A DNA stretch of 64,000 nucleotides from Spirochaetales bacterium. GTDB lineage: Bacteria > Spirochaetota > Spirochaetia > DSM-27196 > SLST01. The stretch covers positions 2,658 to 66,657 of the forward strand of contig SKZO01000156.1 in assembly GCA_007127335.1 (NCBI GenBank), given 5' to 3'. Shown one piece after another: positions 9,269 to 18,767 of the stretch. The translations under genes were made by a program, and so were the position numbers. Each line of letters opens with the position of its first letter. Position 1 is the stretch's first letter. A model generated the notes under the pieces. That model did not search any database and was not told the DNA's origin. It saw nothing but the letters and a program-made list of their open reading frames with translations.

Positions 9269-11143
9269 CTATATGAGATTCTCCATAATGTAGTCGCGAC
9301 GCTCAGGCGTGTTCTTCCCCATGTAGAACTCGAGCGTTGCCTGTATGCTCTTGATGTTCTTCAGGTTCACGGGCACCAGCCGGATGTCCGGGCCAATGAA
9401 CTGCCCGAACTCCCGCGGGGATATTTCGCCCAGCCCCTTGAATCTCGTGACCTCCGGCCCCGCGAGCTCACCCATCGCCTGATCACGCTCCTTCACGCTG
9501 TAGCAGTAGCGTGTCTCCCGCTTGTTCCGCACCCTGAACAGGGGAGTCTCCAGTATATAGACGCGCCCGGTCACCACTAGATCCTCGAAGTAGTTCAGGA
9601 AGAACGTCAGGAGGAGATTGCGGATATGAAAGCCGTCATAGTCGGCATCAGTGGCGATGACGATCCTGTCATACCGCAGTTCCTCCACGTCGTTTTCTAT
9701 ACCGAGAGCCATCATCATGTTGTACAGCTCTTCGTTACGATAGAGGTCGGCGCGCTTGCGCGAGTGGACGTTCTGCGGCTTACCACGCAGACTGAAGATG
9801 GCCTGCAGGTAGACGTCGCGGCAACTGACCATACTCCCGGACGCGCTTGCCCCTTCGGTGATGAAGATCGTCGACTCCCTCCCCTTCTCTCCGTCCTGGA
9901 GATGGTACTTGCAGTCCTTCAGGTTGGGAATCTTGAGTGCGATCTTCTTTGCCGCCTCGCGCGCTTCCTTCTTGACGGCGTTCAGCTCTTTCCGCAACCG
10001 CTCGTTACTCAGGATCTTGTCGAGCAGCGCCTTGTTCGCCTTCGAGTCCTTATGCAGGAAGTCAACGATCGCGCTCTTCGTCTCGTTCACGATCCAGCTG
10101 CGAATCTCCGTGTTCCCGAGCTTGTTCTTCGTCTGGCTCTCAAAAACCGGGTTCTTGATGCGGATGGCAATAGCGCCCGCCACACCCTCGCGCACATCCA
10201 CCCCTGAGAAGTTCTTCTTGTAGAACTCGTTGACGCCCTTGAGCAGACCTTCACGAAAGGCACTTTGATGGGTGCCGCCGTCCGACGTGTACTGACCGTT
10301 CACGAAACTGAAGTACGTCTCTCCATAGTTCTGTGTATGGGTGAGCGCGATCTCCAGCCGTTCGCCTTTGTGGTACGCGATGGGGTAGACGGTCTCGTCA
10401 CCGACTTCGCTGTAGAGCAGATCACGCAGGCCGTTCCTGCTCTCGAACTTCTGTTTCCCGAGGTAGAGCGTCAGGCCGCTGTTCAGATAGGCGTAGTTCC
10501 ACAGGCGCTGCTCGATGAACTCGGCGTTGAACTCGTACTCGCTGAAGATCTCTTCGTCGGGCTCGAACTCGATGTATGTTCCGTTCTTCTCTTTCGTCCT
10601 GCCGGACTTCTCGCGAACGAGCGTTCCCTGATGGAAAAGGGCTTCCGTGTACTTCCCGTCGCGCATGGAAACGACTCGGAACTCGCTGCTGAGAGCATTG
10701 ACTGCCTTGGTGCCAACCCCATTCAGGCCGACGGAAAACTGAAAGACATCGTCGTTATACTTCGCCCCTGTGTTGATGACACTGACACACTCAATGACCT
10801 TCCCAAGGGGAATCCCTCGTCCATAGTCCCGGACCTTCACCCGCCGGCCCCTGAGATCGATCTGTATCGCCGATCCGGCCCCCATGATGTACTCGTCGAC
10901 CGCGTTGTCAATGACCTCCTTCAGCAGGATGTAGATCCCGTCGTCGAGGTTCGACCCGTCGCCCAATCTCCCGATGTACATCCCGGTCCGCAGACGGATG
11001 TGTTCGAGAGAGCTCAGTGTCTTGATCTTGCTTTCGTCGTAGGTCTGTTTATCAGACCCGGCTGCCGTCCTGCCGCGCTTCGCTTCGGTGCCGCGCTTCG
11101 CCGCGGAACCGCGCTTCGCCGCGGCGGTTGTTCCCCTTCCCAT
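9269..11143 (-). CDS. parE: DNA topoisomerase IV subunit B
   Basis: GHKL ATPase and Toprim motifs (LEHIRLRTGMYIG, EVIDNAVDE, GLNGVGTKAVNALS, IFITEGASASGS, IATDADYDGFHI). The stop abuts the parC start (9268/9269). Carries an N-terminal basic repeat extension. Confidence 0.9.
   Translation of the reverse strand: MGRGTTAAAKRGSAAKRGTEAKRGRTAAGSDKQTYDESKIKTLSSLEHIRLRTGMYIGRLGDGSNLDDGIYILLKEVIDNAVDEYIMGAGSAIQIDLRGRRVKVRDYGRGIPLGKVIECVSVINTGAKYNDDVFQFSVGLNGVGTKAVNALSSEFRVVSMRDGKYTEALFHQGTLVREKSGRTKEKNGTYIEFEPDEEIFSEYEFNAEFIEQRLWNYAYLNSGLTLYLGKQKFESRNGLRDLLYSEVGDETVYPIAYHKGERLEIALTHTQNYGETYFSFVNGQYTSDGGTHQSAFREGLLKGVNEFYKKNFSGVDVREGVAGAIAIRIKNPVFESQTKNKLGNTEIRSWIVNETKSAIVDFLHKDSKANKALLDKILSNERLRKELNAVKKEAREAAKKIALKIPNLKDCKYHLQDGEKGRESTIFITEGASASGSMVSCRDVYLQAIFSLRGKPQNVHSRKRADLYRNEELYNMMMALGIENDVEELRYDRIVIATDADYDGFHIRNLLLTFFLNYFEDLVVTGRVYILETPLFRVRNKRETRYCYSVKERDQAMGELAGPEVTRFKGLGEISPREFGQFIGPDIRLVPVNLKNIKSIQATLEFYMGKNTPERRDYIMENLI
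11073..11126 (-). repeat. three tandem 18-nt repeats inside the parE 5' end, encoding (A/E)AKRGx x3
   Basis: Units at 11073, 11091 and 11109: ccgcgcttcgcttcggtg / ccgcgcttcgccgcggaa / ccgcgcttcgccgcggcg. Units 2 and 3 are 16/18 identical. Translation on the minus strand: AAAKRGSAAKRGTEAKRGR. Confidence 0.85.
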
Positions 11144-11244
11144 ACAACCTCACGGTAACGGATGCAAAGAGCATGCCGGTTTGCCTTCAGAGTACCACAA
11201 CTGATGGGCTTGATCAAATCGTTACGGTGACGGACAATTGAAGC

Positions 11245-12189
11245 ATGCACATTCCCTGGCGCTTCACACCCGCCTTGCTGCTCGCCGTCGCCACGCTCCT
11301 CGCCGGTTGCCGCACCACCCCTCCCGAGGAGCCCCCCGTATCCGGAGAATACGATCTGACCGACGAACTGAGGCAGCTGGAGCGCGAGCTCGCCCGCGCC
11401 TCGACAGACCTCGCGCAGCGGGACGAACAGATAGCCCGTCTCGAGGCCGACTTCGAGTCGTTGCAGAGTGACCTTTCACGCGCGTTAGGTCAGCTCGGTT
11501 CTCTTCGCGAGGACCGCCTTGACCTCCAGCAGGAGCTTACCAAACTCGAGACAGAAATCAGCCGCCTCAGTGACGCGGCCGGCGTCACTCAAGGCCCGGA
11601 GTCGCCGGATCAGACGGTGGCGCCGGACGTGGAAGATTCACGTGCCGGCCCTCCGGAGCGAGCCGGGTTCGAGCGTGTGTCGTACCTGGGACTGCGCAAC
11701 GATCCGCGCGCAGTGCAGCGGCTCGCCTCGTCTGCACCGGGAGTCGGCGTCGATACGACGCGTGTGCCTCCGGTCATGTTCGATACGCGGCTCTCGCTCG
11801 ATCAGACCGGCGTCTACCTGACAATCGTCGATCCGGCACATGAGCCGCAGCTCGTGCTGACGGTACAGTACGTCGACACGGGCACACCGCTGTGGCTGCA
11901 TACCGCGCTCATCACGGTCGAGGGCGGAGACCCCGTCGATCCAATCGAACCCCTCTTCCTCGAGGGAGAGCCGATCCGGCAGACGGACGGAAGACTCCTC
12001 AGCGAAGCTCTCGCGAAGCCTGCGGACCAGTCGGCCACCGCCAGGCTCACTGCGATGCTGAGTTCGCAGCACCTGGTTCTGACGCTTCTTGGAGACGGCG
12101 CTCCGGTCTCGTACCGGCCGTCAGTCTCCGAGCGCGCGGCGATGTCCAACATGATCCATGCGTTCATCGATCTCGACGGATTCCGGTAG
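11245..12189 (+). CDS. lipoprotein with N-terminal coiled coil (hypothetical)
   Basis: Lipobox LLAVATLLAGC. This is followed by heptad-like, E/L/R-rich sequence (LRQLERELARASTDLAQRDEQIARLEADFESLQSDL...). The C-terminal globular part is unknown. Confidence 0.6.
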   Translation: MHIPWRFTPALLLAVATLLAGCRTTPPEEPPVSGEYDLTDELRQLERELARASTDLAQRDEQIARLEADFESLQSDLSRALGQLGSLREDRLDLQQELTKLETEISRLSDAAGVTQGPESPDQTVAPDVEDSRAGPPERAGFERVSYLGLRNDPRAVQRLASSAPGVGVDTTRVPPVMFDTRLSLDQTGVYLTIVDPAHEPQLVLTVQYVDTGTPLWLHTALITVEGGDPVDPIEPLFLEGEPIRQTDGRLLSEALAKPADQSATARLTAMLSSQHLVLTLLGDGAPVSYRPSVSERAAMSNMIHAFIDLDGFR

Positions 12190-12193
12190 CGCG

Positions 12194-13129
12194 GTGACCG
12201 CACGAAGCGCAACCGGGATCCTCGTGGCCAGATCGTTGCTCTTCGTCTCCCTGCTGGTACTCGCATGCCCGGCGGAGTCGATCCGAGCGGCGGACTACGC
12301 CTTCCCGATCGCCGGCGACCGTGGGGTACTCTGGTGGGAAGAGGAGCACTGGGACGGTAACCTGGCGGTAGACATTGGCATTCACCCCGGCTTCGCCCCC
12401 GGCACTCCGGAGCGGTTGGAGTTCTACGAGAGGGACGTCGTCGCGGTGATCTCAGGAGAGGCGTCCCGGCTGGACAACCCGCGGGGCGGTATCGCCGTGC
12501 TGCTGCACGGCGACGACAATCGCACGTACTACTATGCGCATCTTTCGGAGTCGACCATCAACGAGCCCCGGCGAGTGTCTCGCGGAGAGCCGCTGGGGCA
12601 GATAGGCCGAACGGGCACCTGGACGCAGTACCTTGACCCGCATCTCCACTTCGCGATCGCCGCCGGGCATCAACACGGGTTTCACTGGGCCGCAGACATC
12701 AACCCGGTCACCTGGATCGAACGAACCTTCGGTCTTGCCCCGGCGCGAACAACGACCCAGGCGTATCCCCTCGCCGAGCCCTCCGGGACACCGCTGTTTG
12801 GTGAGTACGAAACGCGTGAGTCGTTCGTCGAAACTGAAGCCGGGAATCCGCTCCTCGCGGGGACGACGGTGGTCCCGCCCCGGCCCGGACGGGTTGCGGT
12901 ACGGGCACCGCTGACCGGGATCGCCCGCATCCATGTTGACACCCCGCTCGGCACGCGAGTGCAGATCACCAACGCACGGGCCGCATGGAGCGTCATCATC
13001 TCCGGAGCGATCGATCCGATCATTCGTCACGGCGAGCTCGTCTACCGCGAATCGATCGTCGGCTTCACCGAGGGGCCGCTCCACTACATGACGTTCCACC
13101 GGGGGCGGCCGGTTGATCCGGCGCGGTAG
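12194..13129 (+). CDS. M23/LytM-family metallopeptidase
   Basis: LAVDIGIHPG and YYYAHLSE ... LDPHLHFAI (the HxH motif of M23). Signal-like segment ILVARSLLFVSLLVLACPAES. GTG 12194 lies just after the upstream stop (12187-12189), so I prefer it to the ORF-track start at 12158. Confidence 0.7.
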   Translation: MTARSATGILVARSLLFVSLLVLACPAESIRAADYAFPIAGDRGVLWWEEEHWDGNLAVDIGIHPGFAPGTPERLEFYERDVVAVISGEASRLDNPRGGIAVLLHGDDNRTYYYAHLSESTINEPRRVSRGEPLGQIGRTGTWTQYLDPHLHFAIAAGHQHGFHWAADINPVTWIERTFGLAPARTTTQAYPLAEPSGTPLFGEYETRESFVETEAGNPLLAGTTVVPPRPGRVAVRAPLTGIARIHVDTPLGTRVQITNARAAWSVIISGAIDPIIRHGELVYRESIVGFTEGPLHYMTFHRGRPVDPAR

Positions 13130-13192
13130 GCAATACCCGCAGAACTCATACCATCACGGGGTATGACCCGGGGAGGAAGCCGAGAGCTGCGG

Positions 13193-15712
13193 TTACACCG
13201 TCGCCGCGGCAACCTCTTTCGTCTTCGGCGTCGCGCCCTTCTTCTCGCGGAATCCGATCTTGTCCTTCCTGATCGTCACGACGATGTGACTTCCCTCGCC
13301 GAATCGCCCCTTGAGGATCTCCATGGCGAGCGGATCCTCGATCTCGCGCTGGATCGTTCGCCGCAACGGCCGTGCTCCGAACTTCACGTCGTAGCCAACC
13401 TTGATCAGATGCTCCTTCGCGCCCTTCGTCACCTCGAGCGTGATCTCCTTCTCGGCGAGACGGGTCTGCACCTCGGCGAGCTCGATCTCGAGGATCGAAC
13501 GGACCTGCTCGTGGTCAAGACTGTGGAAGACGACGATCTCATCGACCCGGTTGATGAACTCGGGTCGGAACAACCGCTTGAGCTCGTTCATCGCGCTCGA
13601 CTTGATGTCACGGTAGTCCATCAGTCCGTCTATTGTCTTGAAACCGACCGAAGACTCGCGCGTGATCTCGCGTGCGCCTGCATTGCTGGTCATGATGAGC
13701 ACGGTGTTTCTGAAGCTCACCGTGTGGCCAAGACTGTCCTGCAGCTGCCCCTCCTCGAGTACCTGGAGCAGGATGTTGAAGACATCGGGATGCGCCTTCT
13801 CGATCTCGTCGAACAGAACGACGCTGTACGGCTTCCTCCGGATCTTCTCGGTCAGAAGCCCTCCCTCGTCGTACCCGACGTACCCGGGGGGTGCGCCGAC
13901 GAGACGGCTCACGTTGTGTTTCTCCATGAAGTCGGACATGTCGATGCGAATCAGTGCGTCTTCACTTCCAAAGAGGAACTCCGCGAGCGTCTTCGCGAGC
14001 AGCGTCTTGCCAACGCCTGTTGGTCCCAGGAAGACGAACGAACCCATGGGGCGACGCGGTGAAGAGAGACCGGTCCGGCTGCGCCGAATGGCAGACGAGA
14101 TCGCCTGGATAGCCGGGTCCTGTCCTACGACCGTCTGGTGAAGCTCATCCTCGATCTGCAACAGCTTTTCGCTCTCGCTCTGAGCGATGCGCGAGAGGGG
14201 TATGCCGGTGATGTCCGAGAGCACGTACTGGATGTCCTCGGAGTCGACGACGTTCTGTTCGGTCTTCAGAGTCACCTTCCACTGGTTCTTCATCTCTTCG
14301 ACCCGCGCCTTCAACTGCCGAACCTGGTCGCGCACTGCGGCGGCCCGCTCGTAGTTCTGGCTGTTGACAAGGCTGAGCTTCTCGGCATTCAGCTTCTCGA
14401 TCTCCCGCTCGAGCTCGGCAAGCTCCGTGGGGCGGACCGAGTTGTGGATCCGCTTCCGGCTCCCGGCCTCGTCAATCAGGTCGATCGCCTTGTCGGGCAG
14501 GAACCGGTCGGTGATGTACCGACGAGAGAGCAGCGCCGAGATCTCGAGCGCTCCCGGCGTGTAACTCACGTTATGATGGTCCTCGTACCGCTCCTTGATC
14601 CCTTTGAGGATCTCCAGGGTCTCCTCGACGGTCGGCTCGTCGACGTAGATCGTCTGGAACCGACGCTCGAGCGCAGCATCCTTTTCGACGTACTTCTTGT
14701 ACTCATTCAGCGTCGTAGCCCCAATGCACTGGATCTCGCCCCTTGAGAGCGCAGGCTTCAGCATGTTACTCGCGTCGATCGCCCCTTCGGCGCCGCCGGC
14801 ACCGATGATGGTATGCAGCTCATCGATGAACAACACGACGTTCCCCGCCGTGATGATCTCCTTCATGACGCGCTTCAGCCGCTCCTCGAACTCACCCCGG
14901 TACTTGGTACCGGCAATCAGCGACGCGAGGTCGAGCGTCATCACCCGTTTGCCGATCAGAACCTCGGGCGCGCTGCCGTCGACGATACGCTGCGCAAGGC
15001 CTTCGACGATCGCAGTCTTTCCGACCCCGGGCTCACCGATCAGGACGGGATTGTTCTTCGTCCGTCGCGCGAGTATCTGGATCACCCGCTGTATCTCACG
15101 ACCCCTCCCTACGACCGGATCGAGCTTGTCCTCGCGAGCGTACTGCGTCAGGTCGCGACTGAACTCGTCGAGCGTCGGAGTGCTCTTCTTCGTTGCCGTT
15201 GACTGCCCCGACGCCTTCCGCTTCTGCTGAGCGCTGCGGGTCGCCGGCGCGCCGCTGGTTGCGGTGGGCTGCACCGAACCGCTGAGGTCTGAGATGATCT
15301 CCCGCAGGGCGTCAACGCCGGAGCCGTACTCGGCGAGAAACCGCGTCGTGACGCTGTCAGACTCACGGGCGCATGCAAGCAACAGGTGCTCGGTGCCAAT
15401 GTACTCATGCCCGAGGTTCCGCGCTTCCTCCGCGCTGTCCTCAAGGACCTTCTTGCCGCGAGCGGACGGCGGTACGTCCCCGAGGATGAACCCGCCACGC
15501 TTGCGCGGAATCTCCTTCTCGATCTCGATCTGCATCTTGGCCGGATCAACGCCGGCCTTCTCGAGCGCCTTGTACCCGAGGCCGCCGCCTTCCTTGAGCA
15601 AGGCAAGCATGATGTGTTCCGGCAGGAGCTGGTCCGAATGGAATCTCTTCGCCTCGTCCTGGGCAAGTATCGTGAGGACCTTCTGAGCCCGTTGCGTCAA
15701 ACCTTTGAACAT
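13193..15712 (-). CDS. clpC: ATP-dependent Clp protease ATP-binding subunit ClpC
   Basis: Two Clp_N repeats at the N-terminus. Walker A motifs GEPGVGKT and [11 protein letters not shown]-like linker ([18 protein letters not shown]). 839 aa. Lies directly downstream of mcsA-mcsB. Confidence 0.95.
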   Translation of the reverse strand: MFKGLTQRAQKVLTILAQDEAKRFHSDQLLPEHIMLALLKEGGGLGYKALEKAGVDPAKMQIEIEKEIPRKRGGFILGDVPPSARGKKVLEDSAEEARNLGHEYIGTEHLLLACARESDSVTTRFLAEYGSGVDALREIISDLSGSVQPTATSGAPATRSAQQKRKASGQSTATKKSTPTLDEFSRDLTQYAREDKLDPVVGRGREIQRVIQILARRTKNNPVLIGEPGVGKTAIVEGLAQRIVDGSAPEVLIGKRVMTLDLASLIAGTKYRGEFEERLKRVMKEIITAGNVVLFIDELHTIIGAGGAEGAIDASNMLKPALSRGEIQCIGATTLNEYKKYVEKDAALERRFQTIYVDEPTVEETLEILKGIKERYEDHHNVSYTPGALEISALLSRRYITDRFLPDKAIDLIDEAGSRKRIHNSVRPTELAELEREIEKLNAEKLSLVNSQNYERAAAVRDQVRQLKARVEEMKNQWKVTLKTEQNVVDSEDIQYVLSDITGIPLSRIAQSESEKLLQIEDELHQTVVGQDPAIQAISSAIRRSRTGLSSPRRPMGSFVFLGPTGVGKTLLAKTLAEFLFGSEDALIRIDMSDFMEKHNVSRLVGAPPGYVGYDEGGLLTEKIRRKPYSVVLFDEIEKAHPDVFNILLQVLEEGQLQDSLGHTVSFRNTVLIMTSNAGAREITRESSVGFKTIDGLMDYRDIKSSAMNELKRLFRPEFINRVDEIVVFHSLDHEQVRSILEIELAEVQTRLAEKEITLEVTKGAKEHLIKVGYDVKFGARPLRRTIQREIEDPLAMEILKGRFGEGSHIVVTIRKDKIGFREKKGATPKTKEVAAATV

Positions 15713-15731
15713 CTATGTAATCCTCCCAGCC

Positions 15732-16865
15732 TCAATCGGCCCGGTTCGCTCCAAGCATCTCACGGAAGATGCGGGCACGAACCGTGCCTCCGTCCTCTCC
15801 ATTCCCTTCATGGGCGCGTCTTTGCTCTACATGGTTGTCCTGGTTGATGAACAGAAGCGTGGTCACCGTCTCAGTCGAAATACCAGGTACCACCTCGGCC
15901 ACCACACCAAGCCTCAGGCGGCTTATCAGGGCGACCGCCTCCTCAGCCGGCAGACATCTCGCGAAGCGAAGGACACCAAGCGCCCGGTTCGCAGAATCAC
16001 TGATCTCTTCGCCGCGGGAAGCCAGAAGCTCTTGCCGCGCTCCACGCTCATAATGTACCAACGTGGCCGTGTACTCTTCAAGTTTGGTCACTATCGCGAC
16101 CTCATCCGATCCAATCGTGCGCCGATTCCGCAGCAGATAGAGCGCGGCGTCCGTCAACGGCTGCCCGGCTGCCGGCCGCGATGCGTGCGCGCTCACCTCC
16201 CCGGTCGCCACGCGGTCTGCGGCAGGGAACGGCACGAGCTCGTATCCGGAATCCCGCAGGCTGTCGCTGATCGATTCGGTCTGGCCGAGCAATGACAGCG
16301 CAGGCAGATGGACCATTGTCGACGCGCACAACGCCGTGCCGAGATTCGTGATCTCGCTCGAAAGGTACCCCCAGTCCATCGCGACGGCATAGTTCAGCCC
16401 GTCTTCGAGGCGACGATCGGTATCCCTGACGAGCTCGAGCACCCGGGAGGCCGCCAACCCGGACGCGAACCCGACGATGCGCAGGTGATCGACCGCCCCT
16501 ATCTGAACCGCAAGACGCTCATCTTCGGTGGCGAGGATGCGCCACGGGACCGGAGTGTCCAGGAGTGACCGCTCGGCGAGGAAGCTCCGCTCGACCCGAG
16601 ACAAGCGTTCGGGAACGAGATCGAGCGCGCCGGCTCCGAACGGCGAGGGACACAGCGAATCTCGCACGACCCGCATGATCTGTCGCTCGACCGCCCTGCG
16701 TTCCGAGTCGGTCGCGTCGTGGGGAAACGGTGTTCCGGCGAGATTCCTGGACAGCCTGGCGCGTGAGGCAACGACCACATCGCGTTCCGGACCGGCGCCC
16801 CACGCCCAGGAAGGCGCCGGCGGGAGTCGCGCGACCTCAGACGTCGGCATCGGGCTGTTCCTCAA
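15732..16865 (-). CDS. mcsB: protein arginine kinase McsB (ATP:guanido phosphotransferase family)
   Basis: VVASRARLSRNLAGTPFPH, AVDHLRIVGF and NLGTALCASTMVHLPAL are typical guanido-kinase catalytic-domain motifs. Positioned between mcsA and clpC. Confidence 0.9.
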   Translation of the reverse strand: MRNSPMPTSEVARLPPAPSWAWGAGPERDVVVASRARLSRNLAGTPFPHDATDSERRAVERQIMRVVRDSLCPSPFGAGALDLVPERLSRVERSFLAERSLLDTPVPWRILATEDERLAVQIGAVDHLRIVGFASGLAASRVLELVRDTDRRLEDGLNYAVAMDWGYLSSEITNLGTALCASTMVHLPALSLLGQTESISDSLRDSGYELVPFPAADRVATGEVSAHASRPAAGQPLTDAALYLLRNRRTIGSDEVAIVTKLEEYTATLVHYERGARQELLASRGEEISDSANRALGVLRFARCLPAEEAVALISRLRLGVVAEVVPGISTETVTTLLFINQDNHVEQRRAHEGNGEDGGTVRARIFREMLGANRAD

Positions 16866-17343
16866 GGACTTGCATCTGGTCGCGCAGGATCACCGCCTGC
16901 TCATAGTCCTCCTGCGCCAACGCCTCGGTCAGCCGGTCTCGCAGGAGCTCGCGGTCGACGAGGAGCCGTTTATACGAGCCAAGGCGAGCAGGATAGCGGC
17001 CGACGTGCTCCTCAGTGAGTCCCGCCTGCTCGAGCAGGTAGTGAATGCGCGCACGAAAGACACGGTAACACTCCGCACACCCCGCCCGGCCGGTCTGCCG
17101 GATCGTCCGAAAACGGGTGCCGCAGCCCGGGCAGCTGCGATTCGGCGAGCCTCCAAGAGTCCCTGCAAGCATTTCGCCAACCGTGGGAGCGAAGGCAGGA
17201 GCAGCCCCCTCAACGCCGAGCGTGTCGGCGCAGATGCTGCAGAGCCAGAGCTCACAGTATTCGCTGCCCTTCGTCTGATAGACTCGCACCCGGCCGGCAG
17301 TGTTGCCGCATCCGTCGCATTGGCGTTCGTTCATCGCCTTCAA
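16837..17343 (-). CDS. mcsA: McsA-like activator of protein arginine kinase (zinc-finger / UVR-motif protein)
   Basis: Cys pairs CDGCG...CSICA and CPGCG...CAEC. C-terminal UVR-like motif (LAQEDYEQAVILRDQMQVLEE). Overlaps the mcsB start by 29 nt. The track start is TTG 17343; an in-frame ATG lies at 17334. Confidence 0.85.
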   Translation of the reverse strand: MKAMNERQCDGCGNTAGRVRVYQTKGSEYCELWLCSICADTLGVEGAAPAFAPTVGEMLAGTLGGSPNRSCPGCGTRFRTIRQTGRAGCAECYRVFRARIHYLLEQAGLTEEHVGRYPARLGSYKRLLVDRELLRDRLTEALAQEDYEQAVILRDQMQVLEEQPDADV

Positions 17344-17434
17344 TAGTAGCGAAAAGCGAGGCGTAGTTCCTCCTATCTTTGAGAAGGATCGAAAAAAGTT
17401 GGTGGTCCGCTCTGCGCCGGGACGCTATCCAGTG

Positions 17435-18721
17435 CTACCCGTCGGACGCCGGTATCCGGTCCATGCCGAGTCGCTGAGCAAGCACCGGGGGAAGGATCAC
17501 CGATCCGTCGTCCTGCTGACCCTGTTCAACCAGTGCAGGCAGGATGCGGCTCGTCGCCAGCCCGGAGGCATTCAGCGAGTGCACGAACTCCGTCTGTGTC
17601 CGTCCCTCACGCCGGAATCTGATGTTTCCGCGTCGCGCCTGGTAGTCGTGCGCGTTGGAGACGGAGCTCACTTCGAGATACTGGTTCATGCTGGGTATCC
17701 AGACCTCGATGTCGTACGTCTTGGCCATGGATGCCGAGGCATCGCGCGCCGCAAGGAGACTCGCGCGATAGTGCAGACCGAGCTCCTGGACGAGCCGTTC
17801 GGCCTTGGCCATGAGCTCTTCGTGAGCGCGCCCGGATCCCTCCGGCGCCGTGAACTGGAAGATCTCGACTTTGTTGAACTGATGGCCGCGGATCATGCCT
17901 CGTTCCTGCGCCCGGTAGCTCCCGGCCTCCTTGCGGTAACACGGCGTATAGCTGAAGTACTTGCGCGGGAGCTCCGCCTCGCTGAGTATCTCATCCCGGT
18001 GGTAGTTGATCAGAGCGGTCTCGGCCGTTGGCAGGATGAAGTGAGAGAATCCGTCGGACTCACCGCGTAGCTGGAAGACATCGTCCTCGAACTTGGGAAA
18101 CTGGCCGGCGGTGAACCCGCACTCGTACGTGAGGAGGTGCGGCGGCAGGACGAACTCATACCCGTCGGCGAGATGGCTCTCGATGAAGAAGTTCAGAAGC
18201 GCCCACTCGAGGCGCGCCCCGGTCCCGCGGTAGAGCCAGAAGCCGTTGCCGCCCATCTTGACGCCCCGCTCGTAGTCGACCAGGCCGAGCGAGGTCACGA
18301 GATCCACGTGATCCCGCGGCGGAAAATCGAACTCCGGCTGCTCTCCCCAGGAGCGAAGGGCGACGTTCGCCTCCTTGCCTCCAGCTGGAACATCCGCAGC
18401 CGGCAGGTTCGGCAACCGTGCGATCTCATCACGGATGGCCGCGTCGAGCTCGCGAATCTCAACGTCCATCTTCTTGATTCGCGCGGAGACGTCCTTCATC
18501 TCCGACAGGAGTGCTTCGACGGGCTCACCGGCCTTCTTGAGGCGTGGGATCTCAGCGGAAACCTGGTTGCGCCGTGCCTTCAACTCGTCCGCGCTGCCGA
18601 CGAGCTCCCGTCTGCGTGCGTCCCGCTCGAGCAATCCTGACAGGTCAACACTGTCCATGCGCTTGCGCAGCGCTTCCTCTACGGCCGTTCTCTTGTCGCG
18701 GATGAGTGCCAAGTCCAACAC
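17435..18721 (-). CDS. serS: seryl-tRNA synthetase
   Basis: N-terminal coiled-coil arm (LDLALIRDKRTAVEEALRKR), class II core (FILPTAE, RGMIRGHQFNKVE, HSLNASGLATSR). I place the start at GTG 18721 (VLDLALIR). The 43-codon upstream extension in the ORF track has no SerS counterpart and would run into lolE. Confidence 0.93.
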   Translation of the reverse strand: MLDLALIRDKRTAVEEALRKRMDSVDLSGLLERDARRRELVGSADELKARRNQVSAEIPRLKKAGEPVEALLSEMKDVSARIKKMDVEIRELDAAIRDEIARLPNLPAADVPAGGKEANVALRSWGEQPEFDFPPRDHVDLVTSLGLVDYERGVKMGGNGFWLYRGTGARLEWALLNFFIESHLADGYEFVLPPHLLTYECGFTAGQFPKFEDDVFQLRGESDGFSHFILPTAETALINYHRDEILSEAELPRKYFSYTPCYRKEAGSYRAQERGMIRGHQFNKVEIFQFTAPEGSGRAHEELMAKAERLVQELGLHYRASLLAARDASASMAKTYDIEVWIPSMNQYLEVSSVSNAHDYQARRGNIRFRREGRTQTEFVHSLNASGLATSRILPALVEQGQQDDGSVILPPVLAQRLGMDRIPASDG

Positions 18722-18767
18722 GGGATGCTCCTGATTGCCGACAGGGTACAGCGCGAGGCAGGCGTGG

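Noticed and set aside
13147-13165. Hairpin CATACC-N7-GGTATG in the convergent M23 peptidase / clpC gap.
   Set aside because: A 6-bp AT-containing stem without a flanking U/A run on either strand is not convincing as a bidirectional terminator.
17392-17425. Possible rho-independent terminator between serS and mcsA (a run of 6 U on the minus strand at 17392-17397).
   Set aside because: The best stem I can draw upstream of the U-run is only 4 bp (GUCC/GGAC) with an 11-nt loop and a 9-nt spacer. That is too weak to call.
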